Shown here: piece by piece, positions 11,331 to 21,108 of the stretch
Layout: each line of letters starts with the position of its first letter
Numbering within the stretch: position 1 is the first letter of the stretch
Origin: Phoronis australis
Lineage: Eukaryota > Animalia > Phoronida
Assembly: GCA_002633005.1 (NCBI GenBank)
Contig: NMRA01000306.1
Span: 148,535-187,446, forward strand
Length of the DNA: 38,912 nucleotides
Direction of reading: 5' to 3'
The notes under the pieces: generated by a model
Databases searched by the model: none
What the model saw: the letters and a program-made list of their open reading frames with translations, nothing else
What the model was told of the DNA's origin: nothing
Program-made: the position numbers and the translations under genes

Positions 11331-13335
11331 TACTCATGGGCTTCAACTGACTGACGATTGGCTGAATCATTTGGCTAAACTATGCTTCTCTGTAAAATAT
11401 ATTCTACTCATAGTTCAACTTCAGTTCACCTTGTGAACTCAAAATATGCTTGTGTAAAATACACTTTCCCCACTGAATGTCTTCAAACATTTAAAGATCA
11501 ACTATGCAACAAGTGTTTAGCTTTGCAATGGAATATCACATTTGAAGCTAGGTTTGTCTAATTGTGTTGCTGTGATTTGAAATTTTTTGTGCAAACTTCA
11601 ATCTGTGTAGGTTTAGTGTTGCAAGTGGATCTGATTCTATATTTTATATGCATTAAATGTACATAATCATTCTCATTATGTGTTTGTATACGTTACATTC
11701 TATAACATAATTATTGTAAATACTGTATATACATGTGCACTCTAAAATATCAAAAGAGTAAGACTGCACATATTTGTCATGTGGAACTCAAACATTTTGT
11801 ATGGTCTCCCTGGGCATTTAGGTTCATGCCCATGTGGGGTAAATACCCATTCTACGGTCTTAGGATTACATGCACTTGTTGTTAGTTTTCTGTTTAAAAG
11901 TCGTGGGGATAAACCCAAATGGATACGGTATAGTGTTTTTAGATAACTATTGACTAACCAGTGTTTTATATGTTAATTTAGTATTTTCTTAGAATATCAG
12001 ACTCCAATGAAGGAGTTGATAATGCTGTTGTTATAGAGTGTTTCTATGATTATCTGAAGTGACTGCTTAGAAATTAAGGTCAAACACGATTTTCAAAGAA
12101 TGGTTTTAGTTAATTTTATGTAATAGATATTTTAGAATATGTTTATTTCTGTAATTTACATGATTTGATGCATTGCAATCTTGCTGAATTGGCATTGTCT
12201 GCCTTACATTGGAACAATTTACTGATTTGTTGCTAAAATTTGCCCATTCTCATTCCTTGTTATTGATTATGAATATGAATCGTGTGTTAGTTGTAGTCAC
12301 TGTTAGACATTGATTGATAACTTTTGACTCTACATCCCTTTTTAATCAGCATGATATGAGCTTGATCTTGTGAGTTCATTACAAGATGTATTTGTATTAT
12401 TCTTGATAAATGCTAATAGTGCCTTTTCATTGACAAAGACATGTCTCAGAACAAAAGTTGTCCTTAAAAATGGATTTTGGGTTTATAACTGTTTTCATTG
12501 CAAAGTTGATAATATCAACACAAGTGAAACTTGACCCCTTGTCAAGATATGCCAGTGTCAAGCCATCCTACACTACAGCCATATTTAAAACAGATTCAAA
12601 ACACTTGGTTTGTTTATGTTAGCTGGTGAGGACCAAGGCTTTGTTTGTATCAGAAGCTATCACTTTTTGATGGTGAAAGTACTAGCTCTGTGGAGGGTGA
12701 AGGGTTTATCTGCCTGAGAGTGTATTCAAACTTTGACTAGTTGCAGATTACAGCTGCATTTTGATTGGCTGTTAGTGGCATGGGGGTTTTGGTTCAGTTA
12801 TTTATAGAAACCTGGTTAATGAGCACTCATATTTGCCTCTATTATTTTAGTTGGAAAGTGTCTTGTGAAGTTGAAAGATATGTTTGGGATGCTGCACAAT
12901 TTATTTCAAAGATTAAAACTTTGTTTTGGTATCTAGTTGTAGTCCCCACAGCATGTTTTTCTTAATTTTAGTTTAAGAAGACTTTTGTGTGATTTCAAAT
13001 TTGAATTGCTTTTATTTCATGTGTGGAACTTATGCAGAACTTCTAGTGAGGATTGTGATACAGGTGGTAGTGTTTTTCCATCTCATCAGCAATTTCAGTC
13101 TGGTTGGTGCTAGTGTTAGATGTTGGAGCCCTCTGTTGTGCTCTATTTGTCTTCCTGTTACTTTTCAGCCCAGGGCTGTTTACCAATGCAGTTCTTTAGT
13201 TTTCATAGGACATATAAGTATTGTATTTAGTCTTGGTTAAAAGCTCTAGTCGTAGTTCTAATTTGAAAGTAAAAAATTGTTTGTTGATCAGATGTAAGTT
13301 ATCTATTTTGTTGTATTCAAGTTATGTTATCTTAA

Positions 13336-13341
13336 AATAAA
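13336..13341 (+). terminator. Probable polyadenylation signal of the TNFR-like gene (about 2.4 kb 3' UTR)
   Basis: AATAAA at the end of a long T/G-rich region, followed by a GT-rich downstream element (ttggtccttgtttattatgctggctttgg). Confidence 0.5.
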
Positions 13342-13720
13342 TGTATAAAATACTGTAAATTTGGTCCTTGTTTATTATGCTGGCTTTGGAATGTGTAGAT
13401 CCTGAAGCACTTGATTTCGTTTGACAACCTAATAGACTATAAGGAAACAGTATGGGGTGTCACTGAGCATTTTTGGTTGACATTGAGGTTTCACTCCAGA
13501 TTATGCAACAAGGAAAGCACAATGACATCGCGTTCTAACGTGGCATCTTTAGGAGAAGACACTGAAACCTTGATCAGGTACTTAAAATGAGCGTTCACAA
13601 AGACATCTAACTGTGGTCTTCCAAATGAAAATAATGAAAATGATGATATTGTGGGCGAACAAGTCCTTACCGCAAATCAAACCACTGGATTGAAGGCTTC
13701 TCATGATAAGAAGGCCGATT

Positions 13721-14046
13721 CACGGGCGGCCCACTATAGGGGGCTGGGGGGACTATAGCCACCCCAACTTATTTCAGTGCTGTGTCAGCCCATTACATGG
13801 GCGGCGCATTGTCATTGGGGAATGGTGGAGGCTATAACTTCCCACTTATTTCAGTGCAGCGCCGCCCACGAGATTATGCTCTACTTTTAATTCGGACGAG
13901 CAATCTGTCTTTTGATATCGACGATATGCCTGCCTATGAATTTTGTTGCACACCAATGTCGTAAATTGTTAAATGTATTGAAAAGTTTGGTTTATTGACT
14001 TACATTTACATGGGCGGCACAGCATTAAAAAAGTGGGTGGCTATAG

Positions 14047-14084
<38 letters not shown>

Positions 14085-14106
14085 NCCTTATGGTGCGCCG
14101 CCCATG
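13721..14106. mobile_element. Cluster of short MITEs with CAYGGGCGGC termini
   Basis: Termini at 13721, 13796, 13861-13870, 14009 and 14097-14106; the 14009-14106 copy is flanked by a 5-bp direct repeat ATTTA; internal ctatagcccc motifs; poly-C with N at 14085. Confidence 0.7.
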
Positions 14107-15905
14107 ATTTATCTACGCTATGTGAGGATCCTAACATGGTGTTCTGTTCAGACCCCTATTCAATACAATTACTTGAAGTCTTTCGTTGTGTGCTGTCGTT
14201 GTATCGCAATATGGCCCGAAAAGATGTCATTTTTTATTTTACGTTCGAGTGATTGAATTGATTTCTCGTGTTGCTAACGAATGGCTGCCGGGACTATGTG
14301 GGTAGCGCTATGCAGCTAAAAACAAACAATACGTACAAGGAAGGCTTTAAAAGAGGGTTTTGTTGATTCCACTTTTCATTTGCAACACAATTTTGCGTCT
14401 TTGTAAGCCTACTGTTGTCCATAATGTTTCTTCTGGAAGTGAAGTCGGATACATGCGCAGAAGGGCACTGCTCAGGCAGGTGCACGCTGCAATTGCACGA
14501 AAATTCTAAAATCTCTGTCACTGATGCATTTAATCAATTATTGATATGTCCATAGGAACGCAGCCTGTGAATTAACAACTCTGGAATATTATGAATGCCC
14601 TCTTGACGTTGTAAGCATAACCATGCACACAATTTGACTAGGTAAAATAAACATGCATGCACACATGAGCTTACATCGCCGCGGCACACGAAGAGATGTC
14701 AAACCAATGTATAGGTACTCCATTTAACGATAACTTATGTCACCGTTACAAATTCTTTGAAGACAAAGAGAGAAATTGATGATTCATTATGCTGCTATTT
14801 ATAGGTCTCTCACCAAGTTCATTTTCATTTTCATGGCCAGAGCAAGCCAAATTAGATATGTCTCTTCACGCAAAATAATTACGAACACGCCACTAATTTC
14901 TTCTGCAAATTCAATTTGAATACTTTTATTATGATCAGTTTAATTTAAAAGTTATTGGTTTAAATCCATAGGGCAAATATAATACTGTCAATTAATTACA
15001 ACACCGGTTCTTAGCCTACAATAAATTTATTACGTTTTCTGAGCTTAGGAAACACTTCAGCATTGCATTCATAATTATATACGTTAGATCCTTTCCGTTA
15101 TTCAAAAACAAGGTGACCCCCCAAAGGTTTGTGAAGTTGTTGCAAAAATTAGCAACACATTCGTTTTATATTGGTCTAGATATGAATCTAATCTTTTGGG
15201 GTCATGATTCTTGAAGAATTAAATTTTTATCCCATCTAGCCTGCAATATATCTAAAAATGATTATACCTTTCGCGTCTAGTTGAAAAAATATATATTGAA
15301 AACTTTCAGTGGTATAATGGTCAGTGTAGTTGGAAAAATGAATGGTTTTGTAGGCTACTAGTTTCGAACTCTCAAAGGGAAGCCTTTTATGGGAGATTAG
15401 CCTGGACTTGACAGATTTTGCGTTCCACACCTAGTAAATACCATTACATACGGACTTTCTAGTTTCAAATATCTCACGCCTAGATTATAGCTTATCATCT
15501 TTCAAAAGTAATATCAGAAAACTAAAACCAGACACTCCACCGTAGACATGTACATCAGTATGATTAGTTAGTCTTTGTAAACTTCATGTAAATATCTATA
15601 CCTTTTATATACATAGGCTATGCATAGCACTACTTTGTAAATATCTAGTAGTATCCTATAGACCTTATAAATACTGTAAATATCGAAATGCAACTCTTGC
15701 TTCGTATCGACTTATAGACAGGCTTGTACACTGCTCTTGTTGCTTAATTTGAGCATCGACAAATATGCATGGGGAATAATATGTATGTTCAACGAGCGTT
15801 TCCTATTCAAAGTTGGTACGATTTGCACAGTATGTGGAAGACGTCAGGGGGTCAAACGACGCCCTTTACGGTATATATTGCGTAAAACAAGAGCACGACG
15901 GGGTC

Positions 15906-16342
15906 CAGCCTCGTCTCCTGAAGCCTCTTGAGATAACGCTGATCGGTTTAGCCATTTGAGGCTTGGTTATTGAAAATGAAATGAGTCAGAATTCTGACAC
16001 ATTTTTACGAAAATTTCCGGATTATCACGAGTAGTATAAAGTTATACCAACTTTGAAATTTTCTGCAATATAATATAAAAATGAAAACTAACGGTATTTA
16101 GGTTTAAATTGATGCAAAAATGATCTAATTTGATTCGAAAACAGTTTTTGAAAATAAGTACGCGAACAACCTTTATTTCAAACAATAACCAAAAAATACT
16201 TTCTGCTTCATGAGTGGCAGCAGCAATGCCTGTGAAAATAATTAATAGCTGCCTTTGCTTTAATGACGTCAAGGCAGCGGCCAATCATTGCGCAAAACGC
16301 CGGGAGTCAATGGCGCCATCTTAAGGGCTGGGGACGAAGCTG
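15906..16342 (+). mobile_element. MITE copy 1 (CAGCCTCGT... TIRs, degenerate 9-bp TSD)
   Basis: Left CAGCCTCGTCTC, right GGGACGAAGCTG; flanks GACGGGGTC / GATAGGGTC (7/9); body aligns in reverse complement with 17330-17730. Confidence 0.75.
16264..16322 (+). promoter_or_regulatory. Putative RhoBTB promoter motif cluster
   Basis: CRE TGACGTCA 16264-16271, CCAAT 16281-16285, C/EBP-like TTGCGCAA 16288-16295, palindromic YY1-like ATGGCGCCATCTT 16310-16322; about 200 bp upstream of donor 16527. Confidence 0.55.
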
Positions 16343-16349
16343 GATAGGG

Positions 16350-16527
16350 TCGAGTTCATCAACACCAGTACACCGCTAAAACATATAGTTCTCACGAGGT
16401 TCTGCGACACATTGCCGTGCATTTTCGACGAGAACAAGTGATTGTGTCAAGATTTTGTTCCCCGAGACAACTATTTGCAATCTACCCGAATCTCTGGACT
16501 TTTGGTACCTCCGGCTGTCACAAACAG
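16350..16527 (+). other. Putative non-coding first exon of RhoBTB (start approximate)
   Basis: Strong donor ACAG|gtaatc at 16527/16528 downstream of promoter motifs; the next acceptor at 20879 precedes the ATG. Confidence 0.45.
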
Positions 16528-16694
16528 GTAATCTAGGTCATTGACATTGTGTCATTGAAGTTTAAAGCCAGTCTTGAACGGTAACACCTGTAAATTTGGT
16601 TTCTACAGTATACGGTATATTAAGATCGTCGCTCTGAGCACACTAACGATTGCCAAATGTAACGCACTGTCAGAAGTATAGGCTTACTTTTTTC

Positions 16695-16773
16695 TAGGCA
16701 ATGACCATCACCTCTGCTGGCCATTATCCAGTTGACTGGTATGGTCAGCAGCAAAGGCGATGGTCATTGCCTA
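16695..16773. mobile_element. 79-bp palindromic mini-MITE (TAG...CTA) with 9-bp TSD
   Basis: TAGGCAATGACCATCACCT ... AGGCGATGGTCATTGCCTA; flanks ACTTTTTTC / ACTTTTGTC (8/9). Confidence 0.75.
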
Positions 16774-17179
16774 ACTTTTGTCTACGTCACTGCGAGAATC
16801 ACCTGATTATTCAAACAGCTGCTAGCTGCGAATAACACCCGTACGCAGTGGTGTTCTTACAACCTTTTGTTGTTTGTTCTGGGATCTTGCGGTGATGCAA
16901 CATGGCACGAAAAGGCCATCATTCGCCTATCATTTGAAGGGCACATTTGCGTGATTGAACTCGCGTTTTATTTTACTTAAGCTTTGCTAGGACTATCTGG
17001 TTAACCCAATACATATAAAATAATAAAATTCTGTTGAAATTAGGCTTTAACGTCGAAAGAAGAGGGACCTGCAATGGTGTTTCTCAGGAAGTCGCCAGCT
17101 GCCTACCATTAACAGCTAGCGGCTGCAAACAGATTGTTCTTTCATGCACCTCCAATCTTTTTCAGGGAATAACTGTCAC

Positions 17180-17207
17180 CATAGATTATAGACAACTATA
17201 GTCTATG
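17180..17207. mobile_element. 28-bp TIR-only element with 7-bp TSD
   Basis: CATAGATTATAG-acaa-CTATAGTCTATG flanked by CTGTCAC / CTGTCTC. Confidence 0.55.
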
Positions 17208-17256
17208 CTGTCTCAGTAATACTAAGAGAACAGAGTAAGACATAGTTGGTCTGGCT

Positions 17257-17730
17257 CAGCCTCGTACCTAAGCCACAAGATAGCGCTGATCGGATTAGTT
17301 GAGGCTTGGTTATGAGAAATATAGTATACCTTCTGCGCTATGATTTGCTGCTGTCTTGATGTCTTTAAAACAAAGGCAGATTTTAATTATTTTCTTTGGC
17401 ATTGCTGCTGCCGTTAATGCGACAGAAGCATTGTTTTGTTAATTTTTTAAATAAAGTAAGTTGGCGTACTTATTTTAAACTTTTTTTTATTAATAGTATC
17501 ATAGAAAATAATCTGCTTTCAAATCACAATACATCATTTTTGCAATAATTTAGAACTAAATTACTGCAATATACTATATTTTTAGATTGTACTGAAGAAG
17601 ATTTCGAAATTGATATAACTTATTTTACCCATGATATTCTGGCGATTTCTGTAAATATGTGTCAGACATATTTCATTTCCCGCAATGGCTAATCTGATCA
17701 GTGCCATGTTGATGCTTGGGGATGAACCTG
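17257..17730 (-). mobile_element. MITE copy 2 (same family as 15906-16342, inverted), perfect 9-bp TSD
   Basis: GGTCTGGCT at 17248-17256 and 17731-17739; TIRs cagcctcgtacctaagc / gcttggggatgaacctg. Confidence 0.85.
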
Positions 17731-18164
17731 GGTCTGGCTGGGTTGTTGCTGAGGCCTAGGGCTTAGTGTTTATTGGGTCTTGGGTTAGGCCAAAAATAAA
17801 AGTCTCGTAATTATTGTTGACATTCTTGGCTGTAGTTTTTTAAAATTAATTGATGTTGTTATTGCAGTATTTTTTAGCTGACCATGTATTTAAAAAAAAT
17901 CACCTGATGTCAGCTGAAATGGTTGTGTTGTTCACTTGGTCTATGATGTTGAACTGTGTAAGCAGATCAAGTTAACCTGGTCTGGTGGCTCACCTGGTCT
18001 ACAACATGTCAGGGTCAACTTTTTCCTTGAAGTGTCATGCTACATTAGCTAAATTATAGTAAAATGCTTTTGGATCCTTAATGTTTCTTAAGTAGTTATG
18101 TGCAGGTTTTTTAATGTTTTTTACGAAATCTTCTATACAATGAATATACATAGCCCATGTGTAG

Positions 18165-19070
18165 GTTTAAAAGTGAGCCAGTCACTACCGCCTATGCCAT
18201 TTTTTGATCTTAACAAAATTTGTCCTCAGAACCTTACAAGTTTCATGAAACTAGAGTTCAAGTTTTTACTTGGCGGAATTCTTTGAATTCCGACAAGTAT
18301 GTTGCTCTGTCGTCAAGTTTTTTTTTTTGCACTCTACAGGTCGCAATTTTCGTCCGATTCTCACGAAATTTGCACACAACGTGTAGATCGAAAAGTCCTG
18401 GAAGTCTATTGTTTTTGGTCATATTCGGATTCAAAATGGCAGACGTGGCAGCCATTTTGTATCCGATTTCACAGTCAAATGCTCGTAGAGGCTCCATTTT
18501 TTGACGTACAGGGCTGAAACGTGACACGATTATTATAGAACGCATGTGCTACAACTGTGCCAAAAATCGTTGACTTCCAGTCAAAGATGGCAGAAATATT
18601 GAAAGTGGCGCATGCGCACCCCGAAATATGGCCAAAAACGTTTTCTCCTGTAGAGGGCGCATTTGCGAACCAATCACTTTCAAACTGGTCACGTGTTTGT
18701 TGAGTTTGATAAGCTTTTATAAAAGTTTATTGAACCGGAAGTCACTTTCAAGATGGCGGCTGTGGCGCATGTTCACACGCTTTCAATCGTTCTGCTGTCA
18801 CATTTTTAATGGGAAGAGCAAATGACTTGAATTTTTGCATGTGGATTCCTTGAAGTATGCTCTTTCAAAAAGTCTTCGAGAGCGTATTTCTCAGACTTAC
18901 CGTTTTCGAGTTATTTGACTTTGAATTTCAAAAAAAACGGCAAAATTTAAATTTTTTCCAAAAAGTTATGGAATGTTGCGAAACGTTCAAGTAAGATAGA
19001 GTTGTGCATGGGCTTTCAGAAGATATTTCCATTTTTCGTTACGACGTCTACTTTTTGAATTATTCGAGAT
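18165..19070. repeat. Probable DNA-transposon-derived interspersed repeat
   Basis: CpG-richer than its flanks, with recurring repeat-like motifs (cacgaaatttgcacac, tcaaaatggc, tcaagatggcgg, ttttcgagttattt); no TIR pair or transposase ORF found. Confidence 0.4.
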
Positions 19071-19152
19071 TTTCTGTTCGTTTGGTCTCCGTTGCATTGC
19101 CAAAGCAAGCATACGCAGCTGGCCGGCTCTCTTTTGTTTTGCCTGTACAAGT

Positions 19153-19216
19153 TGACCCTGAATGACCCAGCTAGCATCGTTCGACTGTAGACTGGTTTGT
19201 TGACCCTGAATGACCC
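19153..19216 (-). promoter_or_regulatory. Two DR4 nuclear-receptor-type elements
   Basis: TGACCC-tgaa-TGACCC at 19153-19168 and 19201-19216 (GGGTCAttcaGGGTCA on the minus strand). Confidence 0.45.
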
Positions 19217-19825
19217 ACCTAGGACTGTTCCTTGGATCGTTCTTGCTGCTCTGCTCTCGTCGTCGTCCTCCTCCCCATCGTTCTGTTTTCGCGTAATTTC
19301 GCCAAGTGTCGCTCCTCCGAGCGCTCTCGTTATTTATTTTTCTTATGCAGTGTTGTTACCTGGTGACATAGGTGCAATTTCATCTTAATAGACCATACAG
19401 GCTGCAGTAGCTTGCAAAGTATCTACTGCGAAAATTCTCTAATTTGACCCAGGTAACCGGTATGTCAATTTGACAATTCTGCTAGCGAAATCCTAAGTTA
19501 ACGCTTTAACTGGTGGTTGGTTGACACTGTGTTGTCCACATCCTAGTCAGCACTAGTTTTACTACTCTCCAGATCATCGTCATTGCTGCTTTATGGCCAG
19601 GTAGGGGAATATCAGTTTGTGCGTGCTTGCGTGTGTGTAATATAAACGCATTATACATATATCCATATACATGCTTGATATTAGTCCATAGATTGGCGCC
19701 TTGGGAAATGTTCACACCTGTCCTTTGCCAAAAATGCAGCATCTACACGGCACGTTTTCCACATAACGTGATGTGACCAACAGGGGTGGCATGTATAGAG
19801 ACTAATACCACTTTGTGTTACAGTG

Positions 19826-20404
19826 CCTGGTTGCATGAAACAGTCCCAAATAGTTCCCTGAATCCTTTATATATTTGTTTTGTTTTTTATTCACAGATGT
19901 AATATTTTTTTCTATCATTTTATCTTTATTATGAGCTCCTAATGACATTTTGTAATAAAATAACTAAAAACCAAACCCTCATAATAAATAGGAGTTAGTC
20001 CTTAAATTAGGGGCTTTGCATGAAAAGATGCCTACTTATGAATTCACATAGAGTACACTCTCGATTTGTATCTAAGCTAAAAATTAACTTGGTAATGAGA
20101 CTAAAACTACAAGAAAGGCAGAGGCGGATCTATGAGGAGGGGGAGTTTCAAACCCCCTTAGGACAGGATCAAAAATAAAAAAATTAAAAAATGTCACCAG
20201 AAAAACGAAATCAGCTACTAGAAACCAAAAAAGATATTACATTGGAGTTCGAAAACCCCCTTCCGACCTTCCCTCCGCTCGGCGCTATGCGCCTCGGATT
20301 CGCGCCAATCTTAAACCCCCCTTACTGAAAACGTAGATCACAAATATGCAGTAGATTTAGGGAAGTTAGTTGAGTCCCTATTTCGAACTTTTTCATGCAA
20401 CTGG
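19826..20404. mobile_element. MITE (GTTGCATGAAA-type TIRs) with a nested CAGAGGCGGATCTA-type insertion at about 20119-20345
   Basis: Left ctggttgcatgaaacagtcccaaatag vs right ccctatttcgaactttttcatgcaactgg; related copy at 21167-21382. Confidence 0.6.
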
Positions 20405-20520
20405 AGACTTACTCATCTGTGTGAAAATAAATATTCATTTGAGGATCTGTTAAAACGTATAAAAAGATGAATAACTTGTGTTCCGCAGAATTGGTTCGTC
20501 AGGGGGGGGGGGGGGGGGGN

Positions 20521-20598
20521 CCTCTGTCTCGGTTCAAGAGGGGACGCTGAGGCCATAAACATCAACAGTCAGCGCCTCCTCTTGAACCAAGACAGAGG
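20521..20598. repeat. 30-bp-arm inverted repeat (hairpin)
   Basis: cctctgtctcggttcaagaggggacgctga (20521-20550) vs tcagcgcctcctcttgaaccaagacagagg (20569-20598), 27/30 Watson-Crick. Confidence 0.85.
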
Positions 20599-20910
20599 AC
20601 TCCACCTACCCCCGTGTACTCCAGCATTCTTAACGTGCGTAAGGCGGGAAATCCCTCATTCATCGACCTGGCGGATCAGGTCGAAACGTTTGCCAACAGC
20701 CAACCACGTCTCTAAGTAAGTGAACATTTTATATACAACTTGTGTTCTGTGGAAATATTTTGAAATATCACTGAAAGATAGATGCACGGTTGTAGTGTAG
20801 ACTGTTGGTCTCAAATGGTTATTTGATTAATACCATAGGTGTTAAGTGTTTCTGTTCTGATAACGTCTTTTCTTGCAGTGATTTTCAGTCACGTCACTGT
20901 TCTTGCAAAG

Positions 20911-21108
20911 ATGAGGGACTTCTCTGAATACAACCATGACGCCCGTCGAGAGGTGGTGAAATGTGTTGTGGTTGGTGACACTAATGTCGGTAAAACGAAG
21001 CTGGTGTGTGCTCAGGCCTGTGGCACACAGTATACTTTACCTCAGTTAATACGTGCTGCACACGTGTCAACTGTCTGGGCAATTGACCATTACAAGCTGG
21101 ACAAGGAG
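20911..21108 (+). CDS. RHOBTB: RhoBTB coding exon 1 (P-loop, switch I)
   Basis: Acceptor tcttttcttgcag at 20878, aagATG at 20911, donor GAG|gtaagt, phase 0. Confidence 0.92.

Noticed and set aside
13995-14252. Poly-proline ORF
   Set aside because: Translation of a poly-C run containing an N inside a MITE; likely an assembly artefact in length.
18098-18825. Several overlapping ORFs that might encode a transposase
   Set aside because: Short, on both strands, no recognisable catalytic or DNA-binding motifs; typical of a non-coding repeat.
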